Origin: Candidatus Butyricicoccus avicola | GTDB lineage: Bacteria; Bacillota; Clostridia; Oscillospirales; Butyricicoccaceae | DNA: 64,000 nucleotides | Direction of reading: 5' to 3' | Assembly: GCA_019119435.1 (NCBI GenBank) | Contig: DWWZ01000154.1 | Coordinates: forward strand, 4,987 to 68,986 | In this document: piece by piece, positions 1-9,966 of the stretch | Position numbering within the stretch: position 1 is the stretch's first letter | Layout of the letters: each line of letters opens with the position of its first letter | Translations under genes and position numbers: made by a program | The notes under the pieces: generated by a model | The model's input: the letters and a program-made list of their open reading frames with translations, nothing else | The model's database searches: none | What the model was told of the DNA's origin: nothing

Positions 1-307
1 AGCCGTGCGTATCCCAGCCCGGCACATAGGGCGCCTGGAAACCGGCCATATTTTTGTAGCGGATGATGAAATCCTTGAGTACCTTGTTGAGCGCGTGGCC
101 CATATGCAGATTGCCGTTGGCATACGGAGGGCCATCGTGCAAAATGAAGATCGGCTTGCCCTCATTTTTTTTCATCAGCGCATGATAAAGCGCATTGCCT
201 CCCTGCTCCCATGCCTCCAGAAAACCGGGCTCTCTCTTGGGCAGGTTCGCCCGCATGGGAAAGTCGGTTTTTGGCAGGTTGATCGTTTCGTTATAATCCT
301 GCGGCAT
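1..307 (-). CDS. ileS: Isoleucine--tRNA ligase, N-terminal part (runs off window start)
   Basis: Manual minus-strand translation from ATG at 307: [23 protein letters not shown]...[22 protein letters not shown]...PGWDTHG, the class I HIGH region of IleRS; not in ORF track. Confidence 0.96.
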   Translation of the reverse strand, partial: MPQDYNETINLPKTDFPMRANLPKREPGFLEAWEQGGNALYHALMKKNEGKPIFILHDGPPYANGNLHMGHALNKVLKDFIIRYKNMAGFQAPYVPGWDTHG

Positions 308-340
308 TGTACCGTGTCCGTCCTTTCGTTGGTTTCTCTC

Positions 341-1156
341 TTAATCGTTCTCGGGTTTATAATCTGCGCCGAACTTCAACTCGCCAAAGTCAAATCGGGC
401 GGTCGCTTGCTCGTGCAGGCGCTGAGTGTCCGAGCTAATCCCATGCTGCCTGCTCGATGCAAGATTAATCTCCGAAATTGTAAACTTCTTTTCCTTTTGC
501 TGTTCGACATACTGTCTGGCATCCTGCGGCAATTCCACATTGCGCGGGATCTTCGCGGTCTGCTGCTCAGCCACAGCCGGTGCAGCCTCTGCCGGCTGCG
601 CAGCCATTGCGGACGCGGCGTCTATCGGCGCCTGCTCGGCCGGCTGCTGCTCCTGCGGCGCAATGTTTTCAGGCTCTGATGTGCTGGGCTCAGCCGGCTG
701 CAATTCCGGCGCGGCCGCCAGCTTGACCAGAATCTTCTGCTGGGCCTCATAGACAGCCGTCATCTTGCTGAGGAAATCCGCATTGTTCTTCTTTGCGATT
801 TCCAATCGCTGTTCTTCGGCGGCAATTTCCGCCTTCAGCTCCTTGACGCGTACCTCATACTTGGCCTTGGCCTCGTCAATGATCTGCTGCGCCTCGAGCT
901 TGGCCTTGTCCAGCGTCTCCTGCGCAATGCCCTGCGCCGAAACCAGTGCGCGGCGCATACCGTCCTCAACCGAGCGATACTCGTCGATCTTATCGACCAG
1001 CACCTTCATCTTTGCCTTGAGCGCGGCGTTTTCTTTTTGCATCGCAGCATAGTCCTCGGTGATCTGCTCGATCACCTCGTCAACCGATTTCGGATCATAT
1101 CCGTTAAACATTGCCTTTTCAAAGGTCAATGCCTGAATTTCCTGAACCGTCAGCAT
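341..1156 (-). CDS. divIVA: DivIVA domain protein
   Basis: MLTVQEIQALTFEKAMFNGYDPKSVD N-terminus, coiled coil, GGAGG RBS; position after sepF-yggT and before ileS. Confidence 0.9.
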   Translation of the reverse strand: MLTVQEIQALTFEKAMFNGYDPKSVDEVIEQITEDYAAMQKENAALKAKMKVLVDKIDEYRSVEDGMRRALVSAQGIAQETLDKAKLEAQQIIDEAKAKYEVRVKELKAEIAAEEQRLEIAKKNNADFLSKMTAVYEAQQKILVKLAAAPELQPAEPSTSEPENIAPQEQQPAEQAPIDAASAMAAQPAEAAPAVAEQQTAKIPRNVELPQDARQYVEQQKEKKFTISEINLASSRQHGISSDTQRLHEQATARFDFGELKFGADYKPEND

Positions 1157-1240
1157 AGTTTTTATCCTCCGAAATACATTGAAGTGATTCTCTTTCCTGC
1201 AAGGCAAAATGGCCGGAGTACCCCCAGCCACCTCACACTG

Positions 1241-1516
1241 TTATACGATCAGACTGTATAAGAGGCGTTCCACAAAGATCAGCGCGACGAACCCGCAGAG
1301 ATACGGAATATCGATCATCATGCCGCGGAACGCATTTACACGAGAAAACAGCGCACGAAACGGCAGGATGATCGGCTCAGTTGCCAGATACAACAGCTCA
1401 CTGATCTTGCTGCCGCGCGCCTGCGGGAACCAGGAGAAAATCGCCCGGGCGAACATTAGAAACTCAAACAGCCTAATAATCCGCGTTACCAAAAAAACAA
1501 AATAATAAGAAAACAC
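1241..1516 (-). CDS. yggT: YggT/YlmG family membrane protein
   Basis: RAIFSWFP...LYLATEPIILPFR...ID motif; ylm operon position. Confidence 0.9.
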   Translation of the reverse strand: MFSYYFVFLVTRIIRLFEFLMFARAIFSWFPQARGSKISELLYLATEPIILPFRALFSRVNAFRGMMIDIPYLCGFVALIFVERLLYSLIV

Positions 1517-1529
1517 GCTATTCCTTCAA

Positions 1530-1997
1530 TCAGATGTAGAGTCCGTTATTCTCCAGCTCATCAATCAGATCGCCGAGGATATCTACATTGTACGGGGTGA
1601 TGATAAACGTGCTGTTGGCGACCTTCTTGATCTTGCCTTCCTGGGCATAAGCGACACCGCTCAAAAAGTCCACCAGGCGACGCGCAACATCCTTGTTGGT
1701 CTGCTCCAGGTTGAGCACGACCGTGCGCTTCTCCTTGAGATGGTCTGCAATCTCAGCCGCATTTTCAAAGCGGTCCGGCTTGACCAGGACGACCGCGAGC
1801 TGCGCTGTCGTGTTGATATTTACAACATTGTTGCGGCGGCCGCTGTGCGACGAAGACGTGCTGTTATAAGAAGAAGACGTCTCAGCCGGCTGCTCAGCCT
1901 CCAGCTCTTCTTCGCGCTGCACAGGTGTGAAATCGTCGAAATCCTCTTCCATGTCCTCGCCTTTTACCCAATCGAGAAAACCCTTGATCGATGCCAT
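1530..1997 (-). CDS. sepF: Cell division protein SepF
   Basis: VVLNLE...ARRLVDFLSGVAYA..G.IKKV...FIITP motif. Confidence 0.95.
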   Translation of the reverse strand: MASIKGFLDWVKGEDMEEDFDDFTPVQREEELEAEQPAETSSSYNSTSSSHSGRRNNVVNINTTAQLAVVLVKPDRFENAAEIADHLKEKRTVVLNLEQTNKDVARRLVDFLSGVAYAQEGKIKKVANSTFIITPYNVDILGDLIDELENNGLYI

Positions 1998-2036
1998 ATT
2001 TCCAAAACTCCTTTGTGGATAACTTTAATTCTTTTT

Positions 2037-2783
2037 TTACTGGATCTCCCTTGTCGGATCTGCATTCATCGGATAGGGTCGCTTGCCAAAGATGGCCGTG
2101 CCAATGCGGACGATATTGGCGCCGCAGGCAATGGCCTCTTCAAAGTCGGCAGTCATTCCCATCGATAAATAGTCCATAGATACATTATCGTATTTTTTTG
2201 CCGATATGTCAACAAATAGTTGATGCATTTCTGCAAAATAACGCGAACTTTTGTCCATACCTGTCGGAATTGGCGGGATTGCCATCAAGCCGCGGATGCG
2301 AATAGAATGCAAACTTGAAAGTGCCTCCAATGCCGTGCCGAGATCCTCCACAAAAAAACCACTTTTGGCCGCTTCTCTTCCAATGTTGATTTCCAGCAGG
2401 ATATCCTGGCACACAGCATGCTTTTTGGCTTCCTTGTCAATGCACTGTGCCAGTTTCAGCGAGCTGACAGATTGGATCATTGAAACTTTTCCAATCAAAT
2501 ATTTGACTTTATTGGCTTGCAGGGTCCCGATGAACTGTAGGTCAGCACCTTCATAGGCACCCTGTTCATACTTTTGCAGGAGCTCCTGAACCCGATTCTC
2601 CCCACAGGCGGTCAGGCCCGCCTGGATGGCCGTCCGGACTCGTTCAGCATCATTCATCTTGGTTGCCGCGACCAAATGGATGTCTGCCGGGTCCCGGCCT
2701 GCGGCGCGGGCTGCCTGCGCGATCCGGTTTTGAACGGCATGGAGCCGTTCCACAAGTGCACTACGTTCTGTCTCTGTCATCAT
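2037..2783 (-). CDS. yggS: PLP homeostasis protein YggS/YlmE
   Basis: LVAATK, GENRVQE, FIGTLQANK, GLMAIP, LSMGMTAD, VRIGTAIFG motifs. Confidence 0.95.
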   Translation of the reverse strand: MMTETERSALVERLHAVQNRIAQAARAAGRDPADIHLVAATKMNDAERVRTAIQAGLTACGENRVQELLQKYEQGAYEGADLQFIGTLQANKVKYLIGKVSMIQSVSSLKLAQCIDKEAKKHAVCQDILLEINIGREAAKSGFFVEDLGTALEALSSLHSIRIRGLMAIPPIPTGMDKSSRYFAEMHQLFVDISAKKYDNVSMDYLSMGMTADFEEAIACGANIVRIGTAIFGKRPYPMNADPTREIQ

Positions 2784-4024
2784 GATGAAATCACCTTCAA
2801 ATTATTGGAACCGCTGGGATGGACGACAACTTCATCGTTCAGCAGCAAATATTTCTGCGTCGTTCCCTTGGGGACGATGTAGTACTCCTCCCCTTTATAG
2901 GCATTTTGTACGTCGATCTGTTTGAACCTGGCGATATTGCCTGTCAAAATCAGCACACCGGTGTTGCCGTTTTCATCCATCGTAATCGCGGACACTGGAA
3001 CGCGCAAGCCCGCATGGGTAGCAAGGACAATGTCGACCTCCTGCTGGCGGATCGATACCAGCTCTCCGCTTACGATCTCGCTGGAAAAGACCACGAGGGA
3101 TTCCCCGGTCTGCTCGTCCGTATTGATCGCTGTGACCTCCGCCGCCGCGTCGGCTGCGATTTGCGAGAACTTGAGCGTCACGTCCTGTCCTACCTGAAGC
3201 CTCGCCGCATCGTCCGCGCCTAAAATGGTCGCAAACTCCCAGGTGAACCCTTTGACGACCTTGCCGAGCTTGCCCTGCGGCGCTGTGACCTGCTGCGTGG
3301 TCAGCTGCTTGAAGGTCTCCGGCTGCATGGTCTCCACTTTTTCCGGTGTCAAGATGTCCTCATAACCGTCTACGACCTCGGAAAAATATCCAGATGCCGG
3401 CGCACTGATCGTGTTGCTGCGGCCATACGCCTTGCCGGCAAGAGTCTTCTGTTCATTTTGAAGGGCAACGATTTCTGAGCGGATCGCGCCGACATCCAGC
3501 GAAGATGCATTCCGACGCAGCGCAAGCTCACGCAGTTCGGTCGCCGTCTCGTAGGCATCTTCCGGCATACCGTCCTCGGTCTGTTCGGCCAGCTGCTGCA
3601 TCTGCCGGACGATCTGTTGGTCGGTCTTAGTCGTATCGCTCATATAATTATCTGCCGACTGCAGCGCCGTATTGAGAAGGCTGAGCTCGTCCTCAATCTC
3701 CTCCAGGCGGCGGCTGGCCTCCATGATACTCTCATCGGCATAAACAACGGCAAGCGCCGCCGAGTCCTGCACCTTTTCCCCGTTTGAAACGATATGCTTG
3801 ACCGAACTGCTGGACGTCCCATCGGCAATCGCCTCATCGCGCACGAACCATCCCTCCGCCGAGATCGCATCGTCCATAGTCACATAGACCGCAGGCGTCG
3901 TCTCGATGTTGGCGGCCAAGGAGTGGATGCACTGCACGACCAGATACACCACAGCAAACACTGCAAGCAGCACAATCAGGACGTTCGTGGGGCTGATTCG
4001 CTTCCAAATAGGTTGTTTTCCCAC
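2780..4024 (-). CDS. HlyD-like membrane fusion/periplasmic adaptor family protein
   Basis: N-terminal TM anchor, lipoyl half-motifs (VSNGEKV; ISAPASGYFS) around a coiled coil. Confidence 0.65.
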   Translation of the reverse strand: MGKQPIWKRISPTNVLIVLLAVFAVVYLVVQCIHSLAANIETTPAVYVTMDDAISAEGWFVRDEAIADGTSSSSVKHIVSNGEKVQDSAALAVVYADESIMEASRRLEEIEDELSLLNTALQSADNYMSDTTKTDQQIVRQMQQLAEQTEDGMPEDAYETATELRELALRRNASSLDVGAIRSEIVALQNEQKTLAGKAYGRSNTISAPASGYFSEVVDGYEDILTPEKVETMQPETFKQLTTQQVTAPQGKLGKVVKGFTWEFATILGADDAARLQVGQDVTLKFSQIAADAAAEVTAINTDEQTGESLVVFSSEIVSGELVSIRQQEVDIVLATHAGLRVPVSAITMDENGNTGVLILTGNIARFKQIDVQNAYKGEEYYIVPKGTTQKYLLLNDEVVVHPSGSNNLKVISS

Positions 4025-4041
4025 AATCTGAATCTCCTTGT

Positions 4042-4287
4042 TTAGCTTGACGCACGCTCCTCCCTACGGGTATAAAATTCCACCCGCTGGCTTGGGATCA
4101 TGGTCGAAATCGCATGTTTGTAAACCATCTGCTGTCTGCCGTCGCTCTCTAAAATCACGATGAAGCTGTCAAACCCACGGATGATGCCCCGCATCTGATA
4201 CCCGTTCATCAGAATAACCGTGATTACCTGAGCCTGCTGGCGGACGACATTCAAAAAGGCGTCCTGCAAATTAATATCGTTTTTCAC
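4042..4287 (-). CDS. hfq: RNA chaperone Hfq
   Basis: NLQDAFLN...LMNG...FDSF...VYKHAIST; directly downstream of miaA. Confidence 0.97.
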   Translation of the reverse strand: MKNDINLQDAFLNVVRQQAQVITVILMNGYQMRGIIRGFDSFIVILESDGRQQMVYKHAISTMIPSQRVEFYTRREERASS

Positions 4288-4322
4288 AAGATATACCCTC
4301 CATATTATGTAAATTCATGGAT

Positions 4323-5264
4323 TCATTGTATACCTTGAGACGCAAGATAATCTGTCGAACGCTGAAACACCTCTGCAAAATCCGCATCCGCGTCATATGT
4401 CAGCCAATGGACCTTAGGGTCCCGCCGGAGCCAGGTCAACTGGCGCTTGGCATAGTTGCGTGTGCGCCGCTTAAGTGTCTCGATGCAAGTCTCGAGCGGG
4501 CTGTTTCCCGCAAAGTAATCCGAGAGCTCCTTGTAGCCGATAGCCTGTGCGGCCGTACCGCACAGCTTCCCGTCCCGAAAGAGCCGCTCTGCCTCCGCAA
4601 GCAGCCCGTCTTCCATCATCTGGTCGACCCGACGGTTGATGCGCGCGTACAGGATTTCCCGGTCAGATGGGCACAAGCCAATTTTTATCGCATTGTACCG
4701 GGGTTCCGGCCGTTTGTTCTGCGCATTGAAGGTATCGATCGGCATACCGGTCTGTTCAAAGACCTCAAGCGCACGGATCACGCGCTTGAGATTATTCGGG
4801 TGCAGCCGTGCTGCGGCGACCGGATCGACACGCATAAGGCAGGCGTGTACAGCCGTATTCCCCTGTTCGCGCGCCATTCTTTCATACTTCTCCCGGATGG
4901 AACGGTCGGTCTCGTCCCCCGGGAAATCACTGCCCTGGATCAGGGCATCCAGATAGAGCCCGGTCCCGCCAACTACGATCGGGATTTTGCCGGATGTCAG
5001 CAAGGTCTGTGCACAGGCATCCGCCATCTGGACGTAGCGCGCGACCGAAAACGCCTCACCCGGATCAACGACGTCGATCATATGATGGGGGACCATAGCT
5101 TGCTCAGCCGCTGTGGGCTTTGCCGTGCCGATGTCCATCCCACGATAAATCTGCATGGAGTCCGCCGAGATAATCTCTGTGCCGCGCGCCTTTGCCAGCG
5201 CGATCGAGAGCGCGGTTTTCCCGCTGGCTGTCGGACCGGTAATACAAATTAGCTGATTGTGCAT
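4323..5264 (-). CDS. miaA: tRNA dimethylallyltransferase
   Basis: GPTASGKT, DSMQIYRGMDIGTAKP, VGGTGLY, YAKRQLTW; start placed at MHNQL after GAGGAGG. Confidence 0.97.
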   Translation of the reverse strand: MHNQLICITGPTASGKTALSIALAKARGTEIISADSMQIYRGMDIGTAKPTAAEQAMVPHHMIDVVDPGEAFSVARYVQMADACAQTLLTSGKIPIVVGGTGLYLDALIQGSDFPGDETDRSIREKYERMAREQGNTAVHACLMRVDPVAAARLHPNNLKRVIRALEVFEQTGMPIDTFNAQNKRPEPRYNAIKIGLCPSDREILYARINRRVDQMMEDGLLAEAERLFRDGKLCGTAAQAIGYKELSDYFAGNSPLETCIETLKRRTRNYAKRQLTWLRRDPKVHWLTYDADADFAEVFQRSTDYLASQGIQ

Positions 5265-5274
5265 GGCCGCCTCC

Positions 5275-7329
5275 TCACTGGTTGACGCGCTTGAACATCT
5301 TGTCCAGCTCATATTTGGTCAGACGTACGGTCACCGGCCGTCCATGCGGGCAGCACACGACGTCGGGGTCTTGCAGCACGCGGTTACAGAAATCCTGCAT
5401 TTCCGGCAGAGACGTGGTCATGCCTGCCTTGATAGCCGCCTTACAGGATACTGTATGGATCAGGTCATCCAGCCGGTCGGGCACGGGGACTCGGTTATTC
5501 ATCAGTTTGTCCGCCATCTCGCTCACGGTCTCCTGGACAGCGGCGCAATCCAGATACGCCGGGATCGCGCGCACGACAAAGCTGTTCTGGCCGAATGGCT
5601 CGATATCAAACCCAATGCTGCGGATCTGTTCGATCTGCTCGCACAGTGCTGCATACTCGGTAGCCGTAACTTCGGCTACAACGGGGGTGAGCAGTGTCTG
5701 CTGCTCGATATCGACCTGCGCGCGCAGGCGATTGAAGATCATGCGCTCGTGCGCCGCATGCTTGTCAATCAGCAATAAGCCCGTTTCATCTTCGGCGACG
5801 ATATACGTGCGAAAAGCCTCGCCGAGCACACGTGCGCCACCCGTGGGGACTGCCATGATATCTGGCTGTTGCTCCTGCCGCGGCGGATCGGACACCTGCG
5901 GCTCTGGCTTACGCATGGCATCCGGGACAACCAGCTGAGGCAGGTAGTCCCAGTCCAAGCCCTCCTCGTCATCGGCATCCACATAGGGTTTCTTGGGCCG
6001 GTTCTGCTGCAAAGAGAGCTTATCTTTCGGGTAGAGCGAGTGCACCTTGACCGTACGCCCCAGCATGGCATAGGAGTCGGTCACCGGATAGCGCTCTGGC
6101 TTTTTCTCCGGCTCTGCAGGTGCGCCAGCGGGCTGCGACGCGGGGCGCTGCGATGTCCTGTCTTCCGTTTTTGCGGACTGTACAGCGGGCGCGGCCTGCA
6201 TGCGTGCCGCCGGTATCGGCTGCGCCTGCCGCTCTTCCTGCGCCTGTTGCGGCACGGTCAAGGGCTGCTGTTCGCCGGTGATCTGCTCCTGCGGCGTTGC
6301 TTTTTTGTCCTGATGCGCCCGGATCTCCGGAATGTTGTCGTCCTGTTCGAGCGCATTCTTGCACGCGGCATAGACGACCTCGAACACAGCCTTTTCCTCG
6401 GCGAACTTGACCTCTGTTTTGGCCGGATGCACATTGACATCCACCATGTGCAGCGGTATCGTCAGGAAAATCGCGCATGACGGGTACTTCCCGGTGATAA
6501 TCCGGTTGCGGTAGGCCTCTTCCAGGGCCGCCTGCATCACCCGTGATTTGATATAGCGGCCATTGACAAAAAAGTGCTGCATCGAGCGGTTTGGCCTTCC
6601 TGCATGCGCCTTTGTGATATACCCCTTAGCCGACAGACTGCCGCGCGAAAACACAGGCACCTCGATGAGGTTGGAAGTCATGTCCTTTCCAAAGACCGAA
6701 AAGACTGGCGCAATCAATTTGCCATTGCCCGGTGTAGCGAACACCTGTCTGCCGTCGCGCAGCATGGTAAACGCGATCTCCGGATGAGACAGCGCCGCAT
6801 GCTGCACAACGCCGACGACATAGCCTGCCTCGGTAAAGTCCTTGCGCAGGAACTTCATACGGGCCGGCGTGTTGTAAAAGATATCCCGGATGATCATTGT
6901 CGTTCCCTCCGGGCAGCCGGCATCTTCATTCTCTGTGATTTCTCCGGCTTCCAGGTGTAGATGCACTCCGGCCAGCGTACCCGCCTGCTTTGTGAACAGG
7001 TCAATGCGCGAAACTGCCGCGATCGCCGCAAGCGCCTCGCCGCGGAACCCCAGGGTACCGATGGCGGCCAGGTCTTCTTCCGTACGCAGCTTGCTGGTCG
7101 CGTGCCGCCGGAAGGCAATCGGTGCGTCCTCGGGCGCCATGCCGCAGCCATTATCGGTAATCCGCAGATAGGAGATCCCGCCGTGCTCGATCTCTATGGT
7201 AATCTGGGTCGCACCGGCGTCAATGGCGTTTTCCACCAGCTCCTTGGCGACCGAGGCAGGCCGCTCCACCACCTCGCCCGCCGCAATCAGGTCGGCCAGA
7301 TGGTCGGATAATTCATGGATGACCGGCAT
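5275..7329 (-). CDS. mutL: DNA mismatch repair endonuclease MutL
   Basis: IAAGEVVERPAS, GFRGEAL, DKHAAHER, SCKAAIK, CPHGRP. Confidence 0.98.
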   Translation of the reverse strand: MPVIHELSDHLADLIAAGEVVERPASVAKELVENAIDAGATQITIEIEHGGISYLRITDNGCGMAPEDAPIAFRRHATSKLRTEEDLAAIGTLGFRGEALAAIAAVSRIDLFTKQAGTLAGVHLHLEAGEITENEDAGCPEGTTMIIRDIFYNTPARMKFLRKDFTEAGYVVGVVQHAALSHPEIAFTMLRDGRQVFATPGNGKLIAPVFSVFGKDMTSNLIEVPVFSRGSLSAKGYITKAHAGRPNRSMQHFFVNGRYIKSRVMQAALEEAYRNRIITGKYPSCAIFLTIPLHMVDVNVHPAKTEVKFAEEKAVFEVVYAACKNALEQDDNIPEIRAHQDKKATPQEQITGEQQPLTVPQQAQEERQAQPIPAARMQAAPAVQSAKTEDRTSQRPASQPAGAPAEPEKKPERYPVTDSYAMLGRTVKVHSLYPKDKLSLQQNRPKKPYVDADDEEGLDWDYLPQLVVPDAMRKPEPQVSDPPRQEQQPDIMAVPTGGARVLGEAFRTYIVAEDETGLLLIDKHAAHERMIFNRLRAQVDIEQQTLLTPVVAEVTATEYAALCEQIEQIRSIGFDIEPFGQNSFVVRAIPAYLDCAAVQETVSEMADKLMNNRVPVPDRLDDLIHTVSCKAAIKAGMTTSLPEMQDFCNRVLQDPDVVCCPHGRPVTVRLTKYELDKMFKRVNQ

Positions 7330-7348
7330 ATATTCCGCCTCCTTCCTG

Positions 7349-9943
7349 TCAGCTCAACATTTGTTTGAGTTCATAGAGCGCAGTCATCGCCTCAATCGGC
7401 GTCATGGTTTCGATCTGCATGGCGCGCAGGCGCTCCGCAACAGCATTCGTCCCGAGATCAAGCATCGAGACTTGGGCGCTCTCCGGTTCATCGATGGCGC
7501 GCACCTCAATGCGCGGCGCTTCGGTCTCCAGATCGGCCAGGATGCGCTTGGCACGCTTGATGACAGCGCTCGGGACGCCGGCGAGCCCGGCGACCTCAAT
7601 GCCATAGCTGTCATCCGCGCCGCCGCGGACAATCTTGCGCAGGAAAGTGATATTGTCCCCGCGCTTTTTGACTGCAATATTGTAGTTTTTGATGCCATCT
7701 ACCAGCTGTTCCAACGAGGTCAGCTCATGATAATGGGTGGCAAACAGGGTGCGCGCACCGATGCGCTTTTTGTCCGCAACATACTCGACGACTGCCCGCG
7801 CAATCGACATGCCGTCGTAGGTCGAGGTGCCGCGGCCGATCTCATCCAAGATAATCAGGCTGTTGCGCGTTGCGCCGCGCAGAATATCGGCGACCTCGCT
7901 CATCTCGACCATAAAAGTCGATTGCCCGCTGGCCAGATCGTCGGAGGCGCCAACCCGCGTATAGACCCGGTCCACAATACCGATCCGCGCCGAGGAGGCG
8001 GGCACAAAGGAACCCATCTGTGCAAGAATCGTGATCAGTGCGACCTGGCGCATGTAGGTAGATTTGCCCGCCATATTGGGCCCGGTAATGATAGCAACCC
8101 GGTTGTCATCCTGATCGAGCAGGGTGTCGTTCGGGATAAACATGCTGCCGTGCAGCATCTTTTCCACAACCGGATGGCGGCCGTCTTTGATGTCGATCCG
8201 CCCGGAAAAATCCACTTCCGGACAGACGTAGTGTTCGTTCGCTGCGAGGTCGCCCAGCGCTGCGAGCACGTCCAGATTGGACAGGGCGTGCGCCGTGCGC
8301 TGGATGCGATGCACCTGGCTGGCGACGCGCTCACGCACCTGACAGAACAGGTCATACTCCAGCGCGGTCAGCCGTTCCTGCGCGCCAAGCACCTGGCCCT
8401 CCAACTGCTTGAGCTCGTCGGTAATATAGCGCTCACAGTTGGCAAGCGTCTGTTTGCGGATATAGTGCGGCGGTACCGCATCTAAATTGGCCTTGGTCAC
8501 TTCCAAGTAATAGCCAAAGACACGGTTATAACCGATCTTCAATCCCTTGATCCCGGTCGCCTCGCGCTCGCGCTGCTCAATCTCGGCAATCTTGCCCTTA
8601 CCGCCCGAAGCCAGGCCGCGCAGCTCGTCCACCTCCTGCCGGAACCCCGTGCGGATGATGCCACCCTCCCGGACCGAAACCGGCGGTTCCTCGACGATCG
8701 CTGCCGCGATCAAGTCACAGATATCTTCGAGCGGGTCAATCCGCTCATTGAGCTCATGTAAAAGCGGGATATTCTGGATTTCACCCAAGAGAGCCTTGAT
8801 GGCCGGCAGCCGGGCCAGCGAGGTCTGCATAGCCCGCAGGTCTCGGCAGTTTGCCGTGCCATAGACTACGCGCCCGATCAGGCGCTCGATATCGAAAAGC
8901 TTGTCCAGCTCCTCTGCCAGGTTGGCGCTCAGGAGCGGATCGTCGCATAGCGCGCCGACTGCCTGCTGCCGCTTTTGGATATGCAGTGGATTGAGCAAAG
9001 GCTTTTCCAGCCACTGTCGGATCATGCGTGAACCCATGGCGGTCTTGGTGCGGTCAATGACCGAAAGCAGCGATCCCTTCTTCTCCTTGGTACGCATGGT
9101 CTCGCACAGCTCCAGGTTGCGGCGGGCGGTCAGGTCAAGCTCCATATACTCGCCCTGCTGATAGAGGTGCAGCGTATTGAGGCCTTCCAGGCTGGACTTC
9201 TGCGTATCTTCTAGGTAATACAGCAAGCCGCCCAGGGCGCGCAGCACGATCTCATTCTGTGCCAATCCGTTGCGCTCCATGGCCTCATTGCCAAAGCATG
9301 CCTCGACCGCGCTCTGCGCTTTGTCGGGCGCAAACGCCTCCTCCGGCAGCGGCGAGAAGATCGATTCGGCGCGCTCCTTGAGGAAGCCTTGTAGCGACTG
9401 GTCGGTCACGGACTCACCGCCCAGCAAGGTCTCCCGCGGCAGGAAGCGCCCGATTTCGCTGAGCAGTTCACCTGCCGTCCGCGTCGCGGTCGCATACACC
9501 TCACCGGTCGAGATATCTGCAAAGCACACACCTCCATCCCGGCCCTGGGTATACAGGCAGCACAGGAAATTGTTCCGGTTCTCATCCAGCATGGAAGCAT
9601 CGATCACCGTGCCCGGCGTGACCATGCGCACAATCTCGCGTTTGACCAGGCCCTTGGTGGACTTTGGATCTTCGACCTGTTCACAGATCGCAACTTTATA
9701 TCCCTTGCGGACCAGGCGGCCGATATAGGACTCGCTCGCGTGATAGGGCACGCCGCACATGGGCGCGCGCTCCTCCTGCCCGCAGTCACGGCCGGTCAGC
9801 GTCAGCTCCAACTCGCGCGAGGCCAGCAGCGCGTCGTCATAGAACATCTCATAGAAATCGCCAAGGCGATAAAACAAAATATAATCGCGGCACTTCTGTT
9901 TGATCTCGAAGTACTGCTTCATCATGGGCGTAAGTTCTGCCAT
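7349..9943 (-). CDS. mutS: DNA mismatch repair protein MutS
   Basis: TPMMKQY, RLGDFYEMF, GPNMAGKST, DEIGRGTST, SYGIEVA. Confidence 0.98.
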   Translation of the reverse strand: MAELTPMMKQYFEIKQKCRDYILFYRLGDFYEMFYDDALLASRELELTLTGRDCGQEERAPMCGVPYHASESYIGRLVRKGYKVAICEQVEDPKSTKGLVKREIVRMVTPGTVIDASMLDENRNNFLCCLYTQGRDGGVCFADISTGEVYATATRTAGELLSEIGRFLPRETLLGGESVTDQSLQGFLKERAESIFSPLPEEAFAPDKAQSAVEACFGNEAMERNGLAQNEIVLRALGGLLYYLEDTQKSSLEGLNTLHLYQQGEYMELDLTARRNLELCETMRTKEKKGSLLSVIDRTKTAMGSRMIRQWLEKPLLNPLHIQKRQQAVGALCDDPLLSANLAEELDKLFDIERLIGRVVYGTANCRDLRAMQTSLARLPAIKALLGEIQNIPLLHELNERIDPLEDICDLIAAAIVEEPPVSVREGGIIRTGFRQEVDELRGLASGGKGKIAEIEQREREATGIKGLKIGYNRVFGYYLEVTKANLDAVPPHYIRKQTLANCERYITDELKQLEGQVLGAQERLTALEYDLFCQVRERVASQVHRIQRTAHALSNLDVLAALGDLAANEHYVCPEVDFSGRIDIKDGRHPVVEKMLHGSMFIPNDTLLDQDDNRVAIITGPNMAGKSTYMRQVALITILAQMGSFVPASSARIGIVDRVYTRVGASDDLASGQSTFMVEMSEVADILRGATRNSLIILDEIGRGTSTYDGMSIARAVVEYVADKKRIGARTLFATHYHELTSLEQLVDGIKNYNIAVKKRGDNITFLRKIVRGGADDSYGIEVAGLAGVPSAVIKRAKRILADLETEAPRIEVRAIDEPESAQVSMLDLGTNAVAERLRAMQIETMTPIEAMTALYELKQMLS

Positions 9944-9966
9944 GTGTTTTCCTTCTTTTCTCGGTC

